DNA from: Minisyncoccota bacterium
GTDB taxonomy: Bacteria; Patescibacteriota; Minisyncoccia; Phycocordibacterales; WO2-35-19
DNA: 64,000 nt
NCBI GenBank assembly: GCA_041664625.1
Contig: JBAYKK010000004.1
Location: forward strand, 2,343-66,342
Direction: 5' to 3'
In this document: positions 17,254 to 27,995 of the stretch, piece by piece
Numbering within the stretch: the stretch's first letter is position 1
Layout of the letters: each line of letters starts with the position of its first letter
Made by a program: the position numbers and the translations under genes
The notes under the pieces: generated by a model
What the model was told of the DNA's origin: nothing
Database searches by the model: none
What the model saw: the letters and a program-made list of their open reading frames with translations, nothing else

Positions 17254-20115
17254 ATGAAAAAGTTTAGTTTGTTTTTCTCGATTTGCCTTAGTATCTTTAT
17301 GGTATTTGGCAGTTTTAGTATTCCAACTCTAGCTTACGAAAACAAGAGTGTTAATCTTGAGCAGGTCAAGACAGAAACCACACTTAACAATGATGCAAAT
17401 ACTCTTAATAAAATAAATTTAATATCTAGACCAGCCAACGATTTCTCACAAAATCTATTAGTGACCCAAAAAGGAAAAACTGGATTGGAAAAATCTCAAC
17501 AAATAGAAGTAAAAACCAAAGATTATGTAGACGGAGAAATTTTGGTCAAGTATAAAAATAATAAAATAAATCTACAAACTATTTCAGGCAAAGCAGCCGC
17601 TCTAAATTTTATTAATTCTAAATCGTTAGAGAAAAAAGAAGATTTGATAAAAAATAATATTTCAGTTTTGAGAATTAAAGATACAAAGACAGTAGAACAG
17701 AAGATAGCCGAATTGAAAAATGATCCAAATGTAGAATATGTTGAGCCCAATTATAGGCGTTATCCAGCGGTAATAAATACAAATGATACAAACAAAAGTA
17801 TTCTCTGGGGGTTAGATAATACGGGACAAACGATCAATGGAAGTTATGGAAATATTACAGGTACCAATGATGCCGACATTGACGCCCCTGAGGCCTGGGC
17901 GATAAGTGGGGCAACAACTTCTGTCCCAGTTATAGTAGCCGTGATAGACAGTGGCGTAGCCTATAACCATCCTGATTTAGTCGCAAATATGTGGGATGGA
18001 TCAAATTGTAAAGATGAAAATGGTAATGCTTTAGGTGGTTGCAATTATGGGTATGATTATGAAGATAATGACAAAACTCCACTTCCATCTTTTTCTTCTC
18101 ACGGAACTCATATTGCCGGAACAATAGCTGCGGCAATAAATAATGGCAAGGGTATAATCGGGGTGGCCCCAAATGCCAAAATAATGGCAATCAAATATGG
18201 TTTTAATGTTGCTTCAGAAATAAAGTCCATTGATTTTGCTATTCAAAATGGGGCGAAAGTAATCAATGCCAGTTTTGATGGTACCGAGTTTTCACAATCA
18301 GAATATGATGCTATTAACCGTTTTAAAACTGCGGGAGGAATTTTAATTGCTGCTGCTGGTAACGAGTCGACTAATAATGAAAGCGTTCATCTTTATCCTT
18401 CGGATTACAATTTGGATAATATTATTTCAACTGCGGCTACAGACCAAAATGATGCTTTGGCCACCTTTTCTAATTATGGAATAACATCTGTTGATGTTGG
18501 TGCTCCTGGAACAAATATTTATAGTACTGTTCCTTCGGAAACGGCTGTAGTATCTGAAAGTTTTGAAAGTCTAACACCACCAAATATTCCTAGTGGTTGG
18601 ATTAAAGGTGGAGCCAATAATAATTGGGGAACATATTCGCTAGATAGTGGCACTTTTTGGGGTAAAGTATTGTACGGAGATCTTGCATACCCATACGCTG
18701 ATAACAGAAATACTACTATTACATCTCCAGTATATAATTTAAGTATCGGGGGGGCCAATATCGATTTTTGGACTAAATGTGATACGGAATATATCACTGA
18801 TGGCTGGGCTGATTATATGCAATTAGAATATAGTGCTGATGGAGTTAATTTTTCTCCAGCGGTTGACCCGTTCTTTGGGGGAGAGTTTAGATGGGATGAA
18901 CCAACTCTCGATATTCTGAATGAGGAAAATCCTCTGAATAGTGCTAATGGGGCGTTATTTCATTATTCAAACATATCAATACCGGCTCAATATTTAACCA
19001 GTAATTTCAAGTTCCGTTTTCGCTGGGTGACTAATGCTTCAAATAATAATTATGACGGTTGTCTTGTTGATGATGTAAAAATTACTAAATTTAGTGATGG
19101 TTCTGATGAAAAATATGATTATAGTGACGGTACTTCAATGGCTACACCACATGTCGCCGGTCTCACCGCATTAGTTGAAGGATATAATCCTGGCCTTTCA
19201 CTAATACAGGTGAAAAATATTATATTAACAATGGGTGATAGTTTATCATCTTTATCTGGTAAAACAGTTTCTGGCAAAAGAATAAATGTGCAAAAAACGC
19301 TACAAGCTGCTAATCCTGCAAAAGCTATTACCGCATTTAGTTTTGCAACCCCAGTAGCCACTGGTGTTATTGATGAAATTACCCACACAATTACATTAAC
19401 CGTTCCATTTGGAACCGATGTTACTGCTCTTATTCCAACTATTGCAACTTCTACCGGATCGTCAGTTAGCCCAGCTAGTGGTGTGGTTAACAATTTTACA
19501 GCTACATCAACTTATACAGTCACGGCTGCTGATGGGTCCACTCAAGCTTATGCTGTGGCAGTAACTGTTGCACCTGCCGCAAGTCATACAATTTCTGGAA
19601 TAATAAAATATTATGACGGGATAAAAGTAATTCCAAATGCTACTGTGATTTTAGAAAATAGTATTGGCACCCAAATAGCCACTACTACAACAAATACAAG
19701 TGGAGCTTATCAATTTACAGAAGTTGCGAATGGGGGTAATTATGTTGTTAGAGTTTCCAAAGATGACAATTTTTCTTCTACCGGAGTTACTGTCTCAGAT
19801 TTGATAGTTATTAAAAAACATACCCTAGGAACGGAATTGACGGATATTTATGAAAAAATTGCTGCTGATTTTAATTCTAGTCAATCAATAACAGTATCCG
19901 ATTTAATAATGCTTAAAAAATTTACCTTAGAACGAATAGACGGGAGACCTGCTTCTTCTTGGAGATTTTATTCATCTAATGTTACGCCAGATGCAACAAA
20001 TTATTTGACCGTTGGCCAGACTAGAACTTACAGTAATTTAACGGCCAATACTCCCAACCAAGATTTTGTTGGTATAAAAATGGGAGATGTAAATAATTCG
20101 TGGGTTAGCAATTAA
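17254..20115 (+). CDS. Secreted subtilisin-like (S8) serine protease with C-terminal Ig-like and other domains
   Basis: Signal peptide; catalytic triad motifs 'VIDSGVAYNHPDL' (D), 'HGTHIAGTIAA' (H), 'GTSMATPHVAG' (S); C-terminal repeat shared with the next gene. Confidence 0.85.
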   Translation: MKKFSLFFSICLSIFMVFGSFSIPTLAYENKSVNLEQVKTETTLNNDANTLNKINLISRPANDFSQNLLVTQKGKTGLEKSQQIEVKTKDYVDGEILVKYKNNKINLQTISGKAAALNFINSKSLEKKEDLIKNNISVLRIKDTKTVEQKIAELKNDPNVEYVEPNYRRYPAVINTNDTNKSILWGLDNTGQTINGSYGNITGTNDADIDAPEAWAISGATTSVPVIVAVIDSGVAYNHPDLVANMWDGSNCKDENGNALGGCNYGYDYEDNDKTPLPSFSSHGTHIAGTIAAAINNGKGIIGVAPNAKIMAIKYGFNVASEIKSIDFAIQNGAKVINASFDGTEFSQSEYDAINRFKTAGGILIAAAGNESTNNESVHLYPSDYNLDNIISTAATDQNDALATFSNYGITSVDVGAPGTNIYSTVPSETAVVSESFESLTPPNIPSGWIKGGANNNWGTYSLDSGTFWGKVLYGDLAYPYADNRNTTITSPVYNLSIGGANIDFWTKCDTEYITDGWADYMQLEYSADGVNFSPAVDPFFGGEFRWDEPTLDILNEENPLNSANGALFHYSNISIPAQYLTSNFKFRFRWVTNASNNNYDGCLVDDVKITKFSDGSDEKYDYSDGTSMATPHVAGLTALVEGYNPGLSLIQVKNIILTMGDSLSSLSGKTVSGKRINVQKTLQAANPAKAITAFSFATPVATGVIDEITHTITLTVPFGTDVTALIPTIATSTGSSVSPASGVVNNFTATSTYTVTAADGSTQAYAVAVTVAPAASHTISGIIKYYDGIKVIPNATVILENSIGTQIATTTTNTSGAYQFTEVANGGNYVVRVSKDDNFSSTGVTVSDLIVIKKHTLGTELTDIYEKIAADFNSSQSITVSDLIMLKKFTLERIDGRPASSWRFYSSNVTPDATNYLTVGQTRTYSNLTANTPNQDFVGIKMGDVNNSWVSN

Positions 20116-20145
20116 AAAATTAATAATAATTAGTATAAAAATAAT

Positions 20146-23100
20146 ATGAAAAACAAATTATCGAAAAATATTAAAACAATTTCAAGCTATGTGCTTGCTT
20201 TATCAATCGTCGTTTCGAGTTTTGGTTTTGTCCCGATAGCACAAGCGGACATAACATCAACATTAACGATTGGCTCTCAGACGGCTGCATATAACGATAT
20301 TATAACTGTTCCCGTAACAGCAAATATTGTAAATATTCAAGGAATTCAACTTAGCATAAATTATCCTGAGTCAATGTTGAGATATGTTGGGTGTTCTTCT
20401 ACTCATATTGTCTGTTCTACTGATGTGGCTTCTTCCACTAATAAAATCAATCTTACCTGGTATGATGTGTTAAATTTTTTGACTTTAAATAATGAAGATT
20501 TGTTGTCGTTACAGTTTCAAGTAGTAAGTTCTGGTGTTACCGATACAGTTTTATCTTTTACACCTGTAGAGGTAATAAATAATATTGGTACTGACATTAC
20601 TGGGAACATTACCTTTAATTCAGGTACACTCACTTTAAATCCTGTCGCAACGCTCTCTAGTGTAGCCATTACTCATCCGGCGAATAAATTAACTTATACC
20701 GTCGGTGATGCATTAGACATTACGGGCTTAGTAGTTACCGGAACCTATAGTGATGCATCTACTGAAGTTGAGACTATTACAACAGCAAACGTAACCGGTT
20801 TTGACAGCTCGGTTCCAGCGACTGGTCAGGTTTTGACCATTACTGTTGAGGGGCAGACTGTGACTTATACAATTGATGTAGTTGATGCCCCCGACACCAC
20901 ACCGCCAACAATATCACTTTTTTATCCAGCTGATAATGCAACCAATGTATCAGTGGATGTCCAACCCACTTTGACTTTTTCTGAAGCCATTGATACCTCT
21001 ACAATGAATGGAGAAAACATTGAATTGCGTGAGTATGCCACACTTTCATCTGATGCAGAAAAAGTACCTGCGGCACTAACTTATTCTATAGGAAACAAAG
21101 TGACTTTTATTTTGTCTTCTCCTCTGGAACACAACAAACAGTATTACTTTTTCGTTGGGACGGGAGTTAAAGATATTGCCGGAAACAGTTTTGCCGCTGA
21201 CACATGGTACCATGCTCAAAGAGCAAATCATGAATTTACCACTGAAGCCCTGCCAGTCACACTGTCAAGTCTTACAATTACACATTTAGCAAACAAACTT
21301 TCTTATTTCGTGGGTGAACCATTAGATATCACAGGATTAGAAATTACTGGACATTATAGCGATGGCTCTACTGAGATTGTGACACCAGTTGTTGTGACAG
21401 GCTTTGATAGTTCAGCACCTGTTACTGGTCAGGTTTTGACTGCCACATTTGGAGGGAAAAGCACGACTTACATGGTTGATATTATTGTTGATGTTGGATC
21501 AATTGGTTCAACCAAAACAATCACTGCTTTTACTATTCCCGGTCAAATAGGCGAAACAATAATTAATGAGGAAGATCATACTGTTAATTTAACGATGCCT
21601 TATGGAACCGATAAGACTAATCTTATTCCGAATATTGTTATTGACGGTTCATCTATTGATCCTAATACCGGCGTTGCTCAAGACTTCACAAATCCGATTA
21701 TTTACAAAGTTACTGCAGCAGATACTACAACCCAAGATTATATAGTAACGATAAATGTGGCGGCCAATTCTGCCAAAGATATTGTTTCTTTCAGTTTTCC
21801 AGAGGGTAATGGTGTTATTACTGGAACCAATATTGCAGTAACCGTTCCATTTGGTACCGATATTACTGATCTCGTGCCGACCATTGTACTTTCCGGAGGA
21901 ACAATTAGCCCATTAAGCGAAGTGGCTCAAAATTTCACAAACTCGGTAACCTATACAGTTACGGCATCTGATGGTTTAACCAAAACGTATACAGTAACTG
22001 TCACTGTGGCTCCTAATAGTGCAGCAAATATTCTCTCCTTCAATTCTACCTTTCCCGTTGCAGTGGGTGTTATCAGCGGGGCCAATATTAATTTAACTTT
22101 ACCTTTCGGGACAAGTTTGGTTGATCTTCCGATAACTATTTCACTTTCTACTGGTGCTTCTGTCCTTCCAGCCACCAGCAATACAACTTTTACTGATGGA
22201 GTTGCAACAATTTATACGGTTACAGCCCAAGATGGTGTAACGACACAAAATTACTCAGTGACAGTAAATGTCGCTCCTAACACCGCCAAAGAAATTACCT
22301 CATTTAATTTTGAGGGCTTAACCCCGAGTGTCACTGGTATTATTAATGGGACCAATATTACTCTGAATGTGCCTTATGGTACTGATATAACCAATCTCGT
22401 CCCTACTATAGGAATTACTGGATCATCAGTAAATCCGGTAAGTGGTATAACTCAAGATTTTACTAACCCATCAACCTATACTGTTACTGCGGCTGATGGT
22501 ACAACTCAAAATTATACAGTAACGGTAGTTATCGCAGCACCATCTGACCTAACATTACTGGCTGCCGCTATTACCTCAGCACAGGCACTACACGATGCTG
22601 CCGTAGAAGGAAATTCTGTTGGTGAATATCCAGCACCTCTTAAAGCTAACTTACAAACAGCCATTAATACTGCCTCTACCATAACTCCTGCCTCTGCTCA
22701 GTCTGTCGTAGATGCTGCAGTTACCACCCTAAACGCCGCTGTTGCTACATTTGAAGCCGGTGTAGTTCTACCTGATACCACAGCACCAGTCATTACTCTT
22801 AATGGATCTTCACCTATGAATATGACCATTGGTCAAACCTATACGGAGCCGGGTGCTACTGCAACTGATAATGTAGACGCCTCTGTGTCAGTCACCGTTG
22901 GAGGAGACAATGTTGATACTTCTGTTGTTGGTACTTATGAAGTGACTTATAATGCCGTTGATGCCGCTGGCAATCATGCAACTCAAGTAGTTCGCACAGT
23001 AGTTATTTCTGATCTGGTTGTTTCTACAGAAGAAACAGCGAGTCCAACTACTGACAGCATTACTATCACTTGGACTACAAGCCACCCATCAACAAGCAGA

Positions 23101-23766
23101 GTAATTTATGACATCGTTTCTCATAATCCAATAATTGATCCTGCTCCAAATTACGGATATTCCAATTCTACCATTGAAGATGCAACACTTGTTACCGCAC
23201 ATTCAGTAACAGTAAATGGACTTTCATCTGGCACCACCTATTACTTCAGACCGGTATCTCATGGTTCGCCTGAAATTGTCGGGGATGAGGTCAGTGTTAC
23301 TACAACGACACCTACTCCGGTTTCCAGCTCTTCTGGTAGTAGAAGTGGTGGAAGCAGCAGTTCATCTGGTAGCCGACATTTAGTAGTTACAACTCCGGTC
23401 GTTGCCCCAACTGTTGGAATTGTTCTTGGATCAAGTGCTTATAACTTCACTCGTAATCTTTCTGTCGGTTCTTTTGGAAATGATGTCACAGAATTACAAA
23501 ACAGGTTAATTTCAGCTGGAGTTTATTCGGGTCCTATAACAGGATACTTTGGATCGCTGACTCAAGCTGCGGTTCAAGCTTTCCAAGCTAAATACGGAAT
23601 CAGTTCGACCGGTTTTGTTGGACCACTCACTCTTGCTCAGCTCAACCAAGGAACTCAGGCTGTTCTCGGAGTTCAGACTACTAACTTTTCTGCCATACTT
23701 GCCCAACTTGATTTCATAAGAACTCAAGCTATGCAAATTTTGCAGACTCTCCAAAATATGCAATAA
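20146..23766 (+). CDS. Large cell-surface protein with ~5 tandem Ig-like repeats, Ser/Gly linker and C-terminal peptidoglycan-binding (PG_binding_1-like) domain
   Basis: 1206 aa; signal peptide; repeated ~85-aa module 'ITAF..P...G.I....HT..LTVPFGTD.T.L.PTI..S.G..V.P.SG...FTNP..YTVTA.DG.TQ.Y.VTV'; C-terminus 'YNFTRNLSVGSFGNDVTELQNRL...GPITGYFGSLT'. Confidence 0.7.
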   Translation: MKNKLSKNIKTISSYVLALSIVVSSFGFVPIAQADITSTLTIGSQTAAYNDIITVPVTANIVNIQGIQLSINYPESMLRYVGCSSTHIVCSTDVASSTNKINLTWYDVLNFLTLNNEDLLSLQFQVVSSGVTDTVLSFTPVEVINNIGTDITGNITFNSGTLTLNPVATLSSVAITHPANKLTYTVGDALDITGLVVTGTYSDASTEVETITTANVTGFDSSVPATGQVLTITVEGQTVTYTIDVVDAPDTTPPTISLFYPADNATNVSVDVQPTLTFSEAIDTSTMNGENIELREYATLSSDAEKVPAALTYSIGNKVTFILSSPLEHNKQYYFFVGTGVKDIAGNSFAADTWYHAQRANHEFTTEALPVTLSSLTITHLANKLSYFVGEPLDITGLEITGHYSDGSTEIVTPVVVTGFDSSAPVTGQVLTATFGGKSTTYMVDIIVDVGSIGSTKTITAFTIPGQIGETIINEEDHTVNLTMPYGTDKTNLIPNIVIDGSSIDPNTGVAQDFTNPIIYKVTAADTTTQDYIVTINVAANSAKDIVSFSFPEGNGVITGTNIAVTVPFGTDITDLVPTIVLSGGTISPLSEVAQNFTNSVTYTVTASDGLTKTYTVTVTVAPNSAANILSFNSTFPVAVGVISGANINLTLPFGTSLVDLPITISLSTGASVLPATSNTTFTDGVATIYTVTAQDGVTTQNYSVTVNVAPNTAKEITSFNFEGLTPSVTGIINGTNITLNVPYGTDITNLVPTIGITGSSVNPVSGITQDFTNPSTYTVTAADGTTQNYTVTVVIAAPSDLTLLAAAITSAQALHDAAVEGNSVGEYPAPLKANLQTAINTASTITPASAQSVVDAAVTTLNAAVATFEAGVVLPDTTAPVITLNGSSPMNMTIGQTYTEPGATATDNVDASVSVTVGGDNVDTSVVGTYEVTYNAVDAAGNHATQVVRTVVISDLVVSTEETASPTTDSITITWTTSHPSTSRVIYDIVSHNPIIDPAPNYGYSNSTIEDATLVTAHSVTVNGLSSGTTYYFRPVSHGSPEIVGDEVSVTTTTPTPVSSSSGSRSGGSSSSSGSRHLVVTTPVVAPTVGIVLGSSAYNFTRNLSVGSFGNDVTELQNRLISAGVYSGPITGYFGSLTQAAVQAFQAKYGISSTGFVGPLTLAQLNQGTQAVLGVQTTNFSAILAQLDFIRTQAMQILQTLQNMQ

Positions 23767-23838
23767 GTCAATCCAATAATAAGGGTAAAGTGCGAACCAA
23801 AAAACAACAGCAAACGCCGTTGTTTTTTGGTTCAATAA

Positions 23839-24342
23839 TTATTTCTCCGGCTTGCCAAAAAGCTGAACTACAAAAATAGCCTCTCTCCCCTTATATATAC
23901 CTGTCGAAGTTGCGATTCCAATCTCGATAAATTTGTTATTCATAATATTGGTAAAATGTTTCGGTGAATTCATCCAAGCGGTTTCTATATCATCACTATC
24001 TTCAAAATTTACAGCCAAATTTTCTCCCGCGTATTCATATTTATAACCAGCTTGCTCAAACCAATACCAAGGTGTTTTGCCATCAGGCGTATTATGTGAA
24101 AAATAACCTTTAGCTGCCATATCGTCAGCTTTCATTTGTGCCGCTTTTTCTAAAACAGGATTGACTTTGAGTTCAGAAAGATTGGCAGACGCACGATTTT
24201 TATTGGTAAGGTTGACCAAGACTGAAGCATAGACGCTTGAAAGAGCTTCAAAAACTGAGGATCTGAAATTCAATAAAAAAGAAAACCCAATTACAACCAC
24301 GATCATGGTGATTGTAAGTTTTTTGTAGTTTCGCTTTGACAT
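23839..24342 (-). CDS. CAP/SCP (PR-1-like, YkwD-type) domain secreted protein
   Basis: 167 aa; N-terminal TM/signal; 'NKNRASANLSEL...GYFSHNTPDG...GENLA...WMNSPKHFTNIM' CAP motifs. Confidence 0.6.
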   Translation of the reverse strand: MSKRNYKKLTITMIVVVIGFSFLLNFRSSVFEALSSVYASVLVNLTNKNRASANLSELKVNPVLEKAAQMKADDMAAKGYFSHNTPDGKTPWYWFEQAGYKYEYAGENLAVNFEDSDDIETAWMNSPKHFTNIMNNKFIEIGIATSTGIYKGREAIFVVQLFGKPEK

Positions 24343-24384
24343 TATAAGTTAACTATATAGAAAAAAGGTGATTTTTCAAGTTAA

Positions 24385-25083
24385 TTATAGAAATCCCATA
24401 CTTTTCAAAATACCGATTCTATATTCGGAAGCTGGCATATCAAAATTTATCGTCTTGATTTTATTTTTCAATAATTTACGGAAATACAAAGATACGGAAA
24501 AAATATGTAATTTTTCAAATTCAGTTTTTATAGCAGAGTTATTGAAAGACTTTATAGAAACATTGAAAAATGGATCGAGCCTGTCCGACTTGGATATTGG
24601 CATCCAGTATATAAGCAGTGGCTGTGTCTTTGAATATTCTTTCGGTAATTTCATTTTGCCAAAAACTTTTGTTACTCCACTAGGGTATTTTTCATTTGAA
24701 AATTCTGTTTTCATCTGATGAGACCAATAATTATTCGTAACTTTTTTAGTTTCTTCTTCATCGGCATTTACAGCCAAGAACTTACCACCTATGGCAGTAG
24801 CCGACCAGTTTTTTATCTCGCATTGGAATAATGTCTTATTACCACCCTTATCTACTTCTATCCATCTATCCAATCTTTTCCCTTTTGAAGTCCCCGGGGT
24901 AACACAAAGAGGTTTTGAATTATCATCACAAAGGATTTTTGCCTTGCCGCCATTATTGTCTATGTAATGTTTGAAAGCACATGCATTGAGTTCCTCGCCG
25001 ATCATACCAACTATTGCACTTGCGTGTCCACGCACTGAAGGATTGTCCAAAAATTCCAAACATTTTATTATATTTATTTTCAT
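24385..25083 (-). CDS. Hypothetical protein, possible PD-(D/E)xK nuclease
   Basis: 232 aa; 'LDRWIEVD...QCEIKNW' fits a D...ExK pattern; otherwise unassigned. Confidence 0.25.
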   Translation of the reverse strand: MKINIIKCLEFLDNPSVRGHASAIVGMIGEELNACAFKHYIDNNGGKAKILCDDNSKPLCVTPGTSKGKRLDRWIEVDKGGNKTLFQCEIKNWSATAIGGKFLAVNADEEETKKVTNNYWSHQMKTEFSNEKYPSGVTKVFGKMKLPKEYSKTQPLLIYWMPISKSDRLDPFFNVSIKSFNNSAIKTEFEKLHIFSVSLYFRKLLKNKIKTINFDMPASEYRIGILKSMGFL

Positions 25084-25255
25084 GCCTTTAATAATGCCAC
25101 AATGTCTCCAATTATCCAGATGTTGGTAACTCCTCTTCGCAACCTTCTATATCTAAGCTAAGATACCCAACGATAGCAAAAAGTGCTATCATAACTTTGA
25201 CAACTTAATAGCAAGAGGAAGCCTAAACCATCCAGTCGATGGCATGGCATCCGAA

Positions 25256-25391
25256 GCAAGAACAACGCACGACACAAGAAAACCCGTTATTAGGGCGTGT
25301 CGTGCGTTACCAGGGGAAACTCTGGTAGAGGTTACCGCAAGGTACCTTCCTAGTAGCGGGCTTTGTTGTTCTTGTTTTAATCGCACGACAA
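25256..25391 (+). promoter_or_regulatory. Structured 5' leader (riboswitch-like) with alternative pairing that can sequester the translation-start region of 25392-26048
   Basis: CGCACGACA occurs at 25267-25275 and again at 25382-25390 (abutting the ATG); complementary GUGUCGUGCG at 25297-25306; enclosing helix CAAGAACAAC/GUUGUUCUUG; internal hairpins with GNRA-type loops (GCAA; GGGAAAC). Confidence 0.3.
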
Positions 25392-26048
25392 ATGGAAAAT
25401 GAATTAAAGTCTTCCGAGGTTAAGACTAAAAATATAACCTTAGGTTCGATTATTGGTTGGATATTTGGAGTGGTAATCGGAATCACTGGAATAATTAATA
25501 TATTCAGTAATCCGCTTTCAGGTTTGTTATTTATATTAGCTACAGTCATAACTCTGCCTCCTGCAAATAAATATTTGAAGGAGAAGATGCACATCTCTCT
25601 TTCAAAAGGAGTAAAGATAGTTTTGGTACTGATACTTCTTGGGGTCGCTGGAAGTCAGGTTGGAGAAAAAGCCAAAACGGAAGCAGTTCAAACTGTCAGT
25701 CAGACAACGGAAAAAGTTGAGGAAGTGGCAGAGCTGCCAAAAATAACAGCAAAGCAGATAGTTGATGACTATAAAGCTAACGAGGTATCTGCTGATGCTA
25801 AGTACAAGGGCAAAGAATTTGAGATTTCTGGCGTAGTGGAAACTATTGGCAAAGATATTATGGATACTCCATATATAGCTCTTGAGAGTTACGAATACGC
25901 TATCATCGACAAAGTGCAGTGTATGTTCAGTAAAGGATCTGAAGCTGAATTGGCTGCAGTTTCCAAGGAGCAGAAGATAACTCTAAAAGGTGAGATATCC
26001 GGCAAGCTTGGAAATATTCTTGTGAAGAGGTGTGAGATAGTGGATTAA
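25392..26048 (+). CDS. Membrane protein of unknown function
   Basis: 218 aa; two N-terminal TM helices, Lys/Glu-rich linker, C-terminal ~100-aa domain. Confidence 0.4.
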   Translation: MENELKSSEVKTKNITLGSIIGWIFGVVIGITGIINIFSNPLSGLLFILATVITLPPANKYLKEKMHISLSKGVKIVLVLILLGVAGSQVGEKAKTEAVQTVSQTTEKVEEVAELPKITAKQIVDDYKANEVSADAKYKGKEFEISGVVETIGKDIMDTPYIALESYEYAIIDKVQCMFSKGSEAELAAVSKEQKITLKGEISGKLGNILVKRCEIVD

Positions 26049-27559
26049 TTCAAGTAATATATCCTTGGCACTACCGGCGGCGCTTCAATGACACTCAGAA
26101 CCATATTGGCAAAAGCATCGGCCAAGTCGTCGTGTTTTTCCACTCCAAAGTGAACGATCTGTTGGATCAACTGCTCCGCTCCTTCTTTTGGAAAAAGTAC
26201 TTTACCGCTTTTGATCATATTGGCTGTTAGCACCAAACGACTTCGCTTGTCTTGATTACCGGGTCGAGTCGTCATCACCTCTCTCACACCCTCGGTTTGC
26301 ATTTGTTGAGGCAGAGCTTTTTGATAGCCGACATCTTCAACAACAAACGTCGGTTCCATGCCACCATGCTCATAACTTTTATCAAACAATTTACACATTT
26401 CAACCGTCTCCGGAAAATTCATTCTTTTGTTTATAATCTTGGGCAGAATATATATCCTGTAATAGTCTTCAAGTTCATAGAGCATAGCAGGTACTATGGC
26501 TGTGTAATCAGCGGCATCGTTTTTTGAAATAGCAGGGTCAACACCAATGCGTACTTCCATGTGAGAAGAATATCCACTTCTGAATTTCATAGGTTTAGGA
26601 ATGGCATCATAGTACTGAATCCATTCCTTATGTATCGCCTGATCTTCCGCCGGAACGATATTTAAGAGATACTCTCTTTGCCACGCAAATTCATTAGCTG
26701 CTTTACTTTTTTCTTCATCAATTGTCGCCATGTCAGGATACTTACCCAACCAAAGTATCTCCCCATTTTGTATCAAAGGATACGACTTGAAGATTCCATT
26801 TATTTTCCCATTATCAATATCTTCTTTAAGACGCATGAGGAGAGAGTCTTCGTGCAAGAGGTTACCGATGATCACGAGTCTTGTGTTGCGATCTCCGGCA
26901 GGAATGACTTCACCAGTTAGCCACTGATACGTTTTATTCCTACCTTCTCTAGTCTTAGTAGAAGCAATATCTTCCAAGTCGTCGCCAATAATAAGGTCTG
27001 GTCGGTGCTGATCGTGACGTAGACCTCTGATACTTTGCTCAGAAGATACTGCCGTGATCCTGGCATTCAGTTTGGAGAAGACCAGAGATGATGAACCCCA
27101 CTCATTGTGTTCTTCTTGGAATGGTCCAAGGTCGTTTTTGAGAAGAGTGTTACTCTCCAATTCTCGACGCAAGTTCATCATATGCTGTTTAGCTTGAGCT
27201 TGGGTTTGGCACAAAATTAGCACGAACTTCTTCTGCTGTTCTCCAAGAATTGCCCAGACAGGATATGAGGTAGTAAAGATGGTCGACTTGGCCGAGCCTC
27301 TAAAGGCAACAACGAAAAGATTCTTCACGTCCTCTCTTTCACTCAAATGGAACAACTCTTTTTGGAATGGCGCTGTCGCATATTTTACGTAGTGAGCGAA
27401 GTAGAAGTGAAAGAAGAGGAAATGGCTATGTTTAGCTATTTCGCTTCTCACCTGTCTATCTGAGAACATTTTATCCGCAAGTTCTGGAGTGAGGCCGCTG
27501 TTAGGTTTGTAATTTGAACTATCATTATTTATTTTCTTCATGATTATTTTGATTAACAT
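26045..27559 (-). CDS. Phage terminase large subunit
   Basis: 504 aa; Walker-A-like 'FRGSAKST'; C-terminal nuclease motif 'IGVDPAISKNDAADYTAIV' and 'DDLADAF' typical of TerL RNaseH-like domain. Confidence 0.7.
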   Translation of the reverse strand: MLIKIIMKKINNDSSNYKPNSGLTPELADKMFSDRQVRSEIAKHSHFLFFHFYFAHYVKYATAPFQKELFHLSEREDVKNLFVVAFRGSAKSTIFTTSYPVWAILGEQQKKFVLILCQTQAQAKQHMMNLRRELESNTLLKNDLGPFQEEHNEWGSSSLVFSKLNARITAVSSEQSIRGLRHDQHRPDLIIGDDLEDIASTKTREGRNKTYQWLTGEVIPAGDRNTRLVIIGNLLHEDSLLMRLKEDIDNGKINGIFKSYPLIQNGEILWLGKYPDMATIDEEKSKAANEFAWQREYLLNIVPAEDQAIHKEWIQYYDAIPKPMKFRSGYSSHMEVRIGVDPAISKNDAADYTAIVPAMLYELEDYYRIYILPKIINKRMNFPETVEMCKLFDKSYEHGGMEPTFVVEDVGYQKALPQQMQTEGVREVMTTRPGNQDKRSRLVLTANMIKSGKVLFPKEGAEQLIQQIVHFGVEKHDDLADAFANMVLSVIEAPPVVPRIYYLN

Positions 27560-27995
27560 TATTAATTTCTTCTAATACTGCAGTCGGCTCCTCTTCTGGA
27601 GGAGATTCCTGTGGATTTTGCGGGGCAAGAGAAGCCAGACGAAGAGCTTCTCTCACTGTTGCTTCTTGCTCTGGAGTCAGAGCGTCTTCTTTATCAAGGT
27701 GAGCCGTAATATCAATGCGATTTTTATAAGTCGCATGATTGTTTCGAAGCCAGAACATAATTCCGGACATGTTGCCTTCCTTAATGGCAGAGATGAGCTG
27801 AGATTCAGCTAGATCATTTACCAGAAGCGAGCCGTCACGCAGAGCCTCATCCGCCTTGTCCACAAACTCCTTGTCCTCCTTTCGCCAGAAGTAATATGTG
27901 GATCGACCAATGCCTAGCTTTTGGCAAGCGGTTTCCACGATGGGAGTTTTCTTTAACTGCTCTAAAAGCAATTCTTTGTTTGCATTAGTTTTCAT
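27525..27995 (-). CDS. HTH protein, putative terminase small subunit
   Basis: 156 aa; HTH 'VETACQKLGIGRSTYYFWRK'; directly upstream of and overlapping TerL; acidic C-terminus. Confidence 0.45.
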   Translation of the reverse strand: MKTNANKELLLEQLKKTPIVETACQKLGIGRSTYYFWRKEDKEFVDKADEALRDGSLLVNDLAESQLISAIKEGNMSGIMFWLRNNHATYKNRIDITAHLDKEDALTPEQEATVREALRLASLAPQNPQESPPEEEPTAVLEEINNVNQNNHEENK

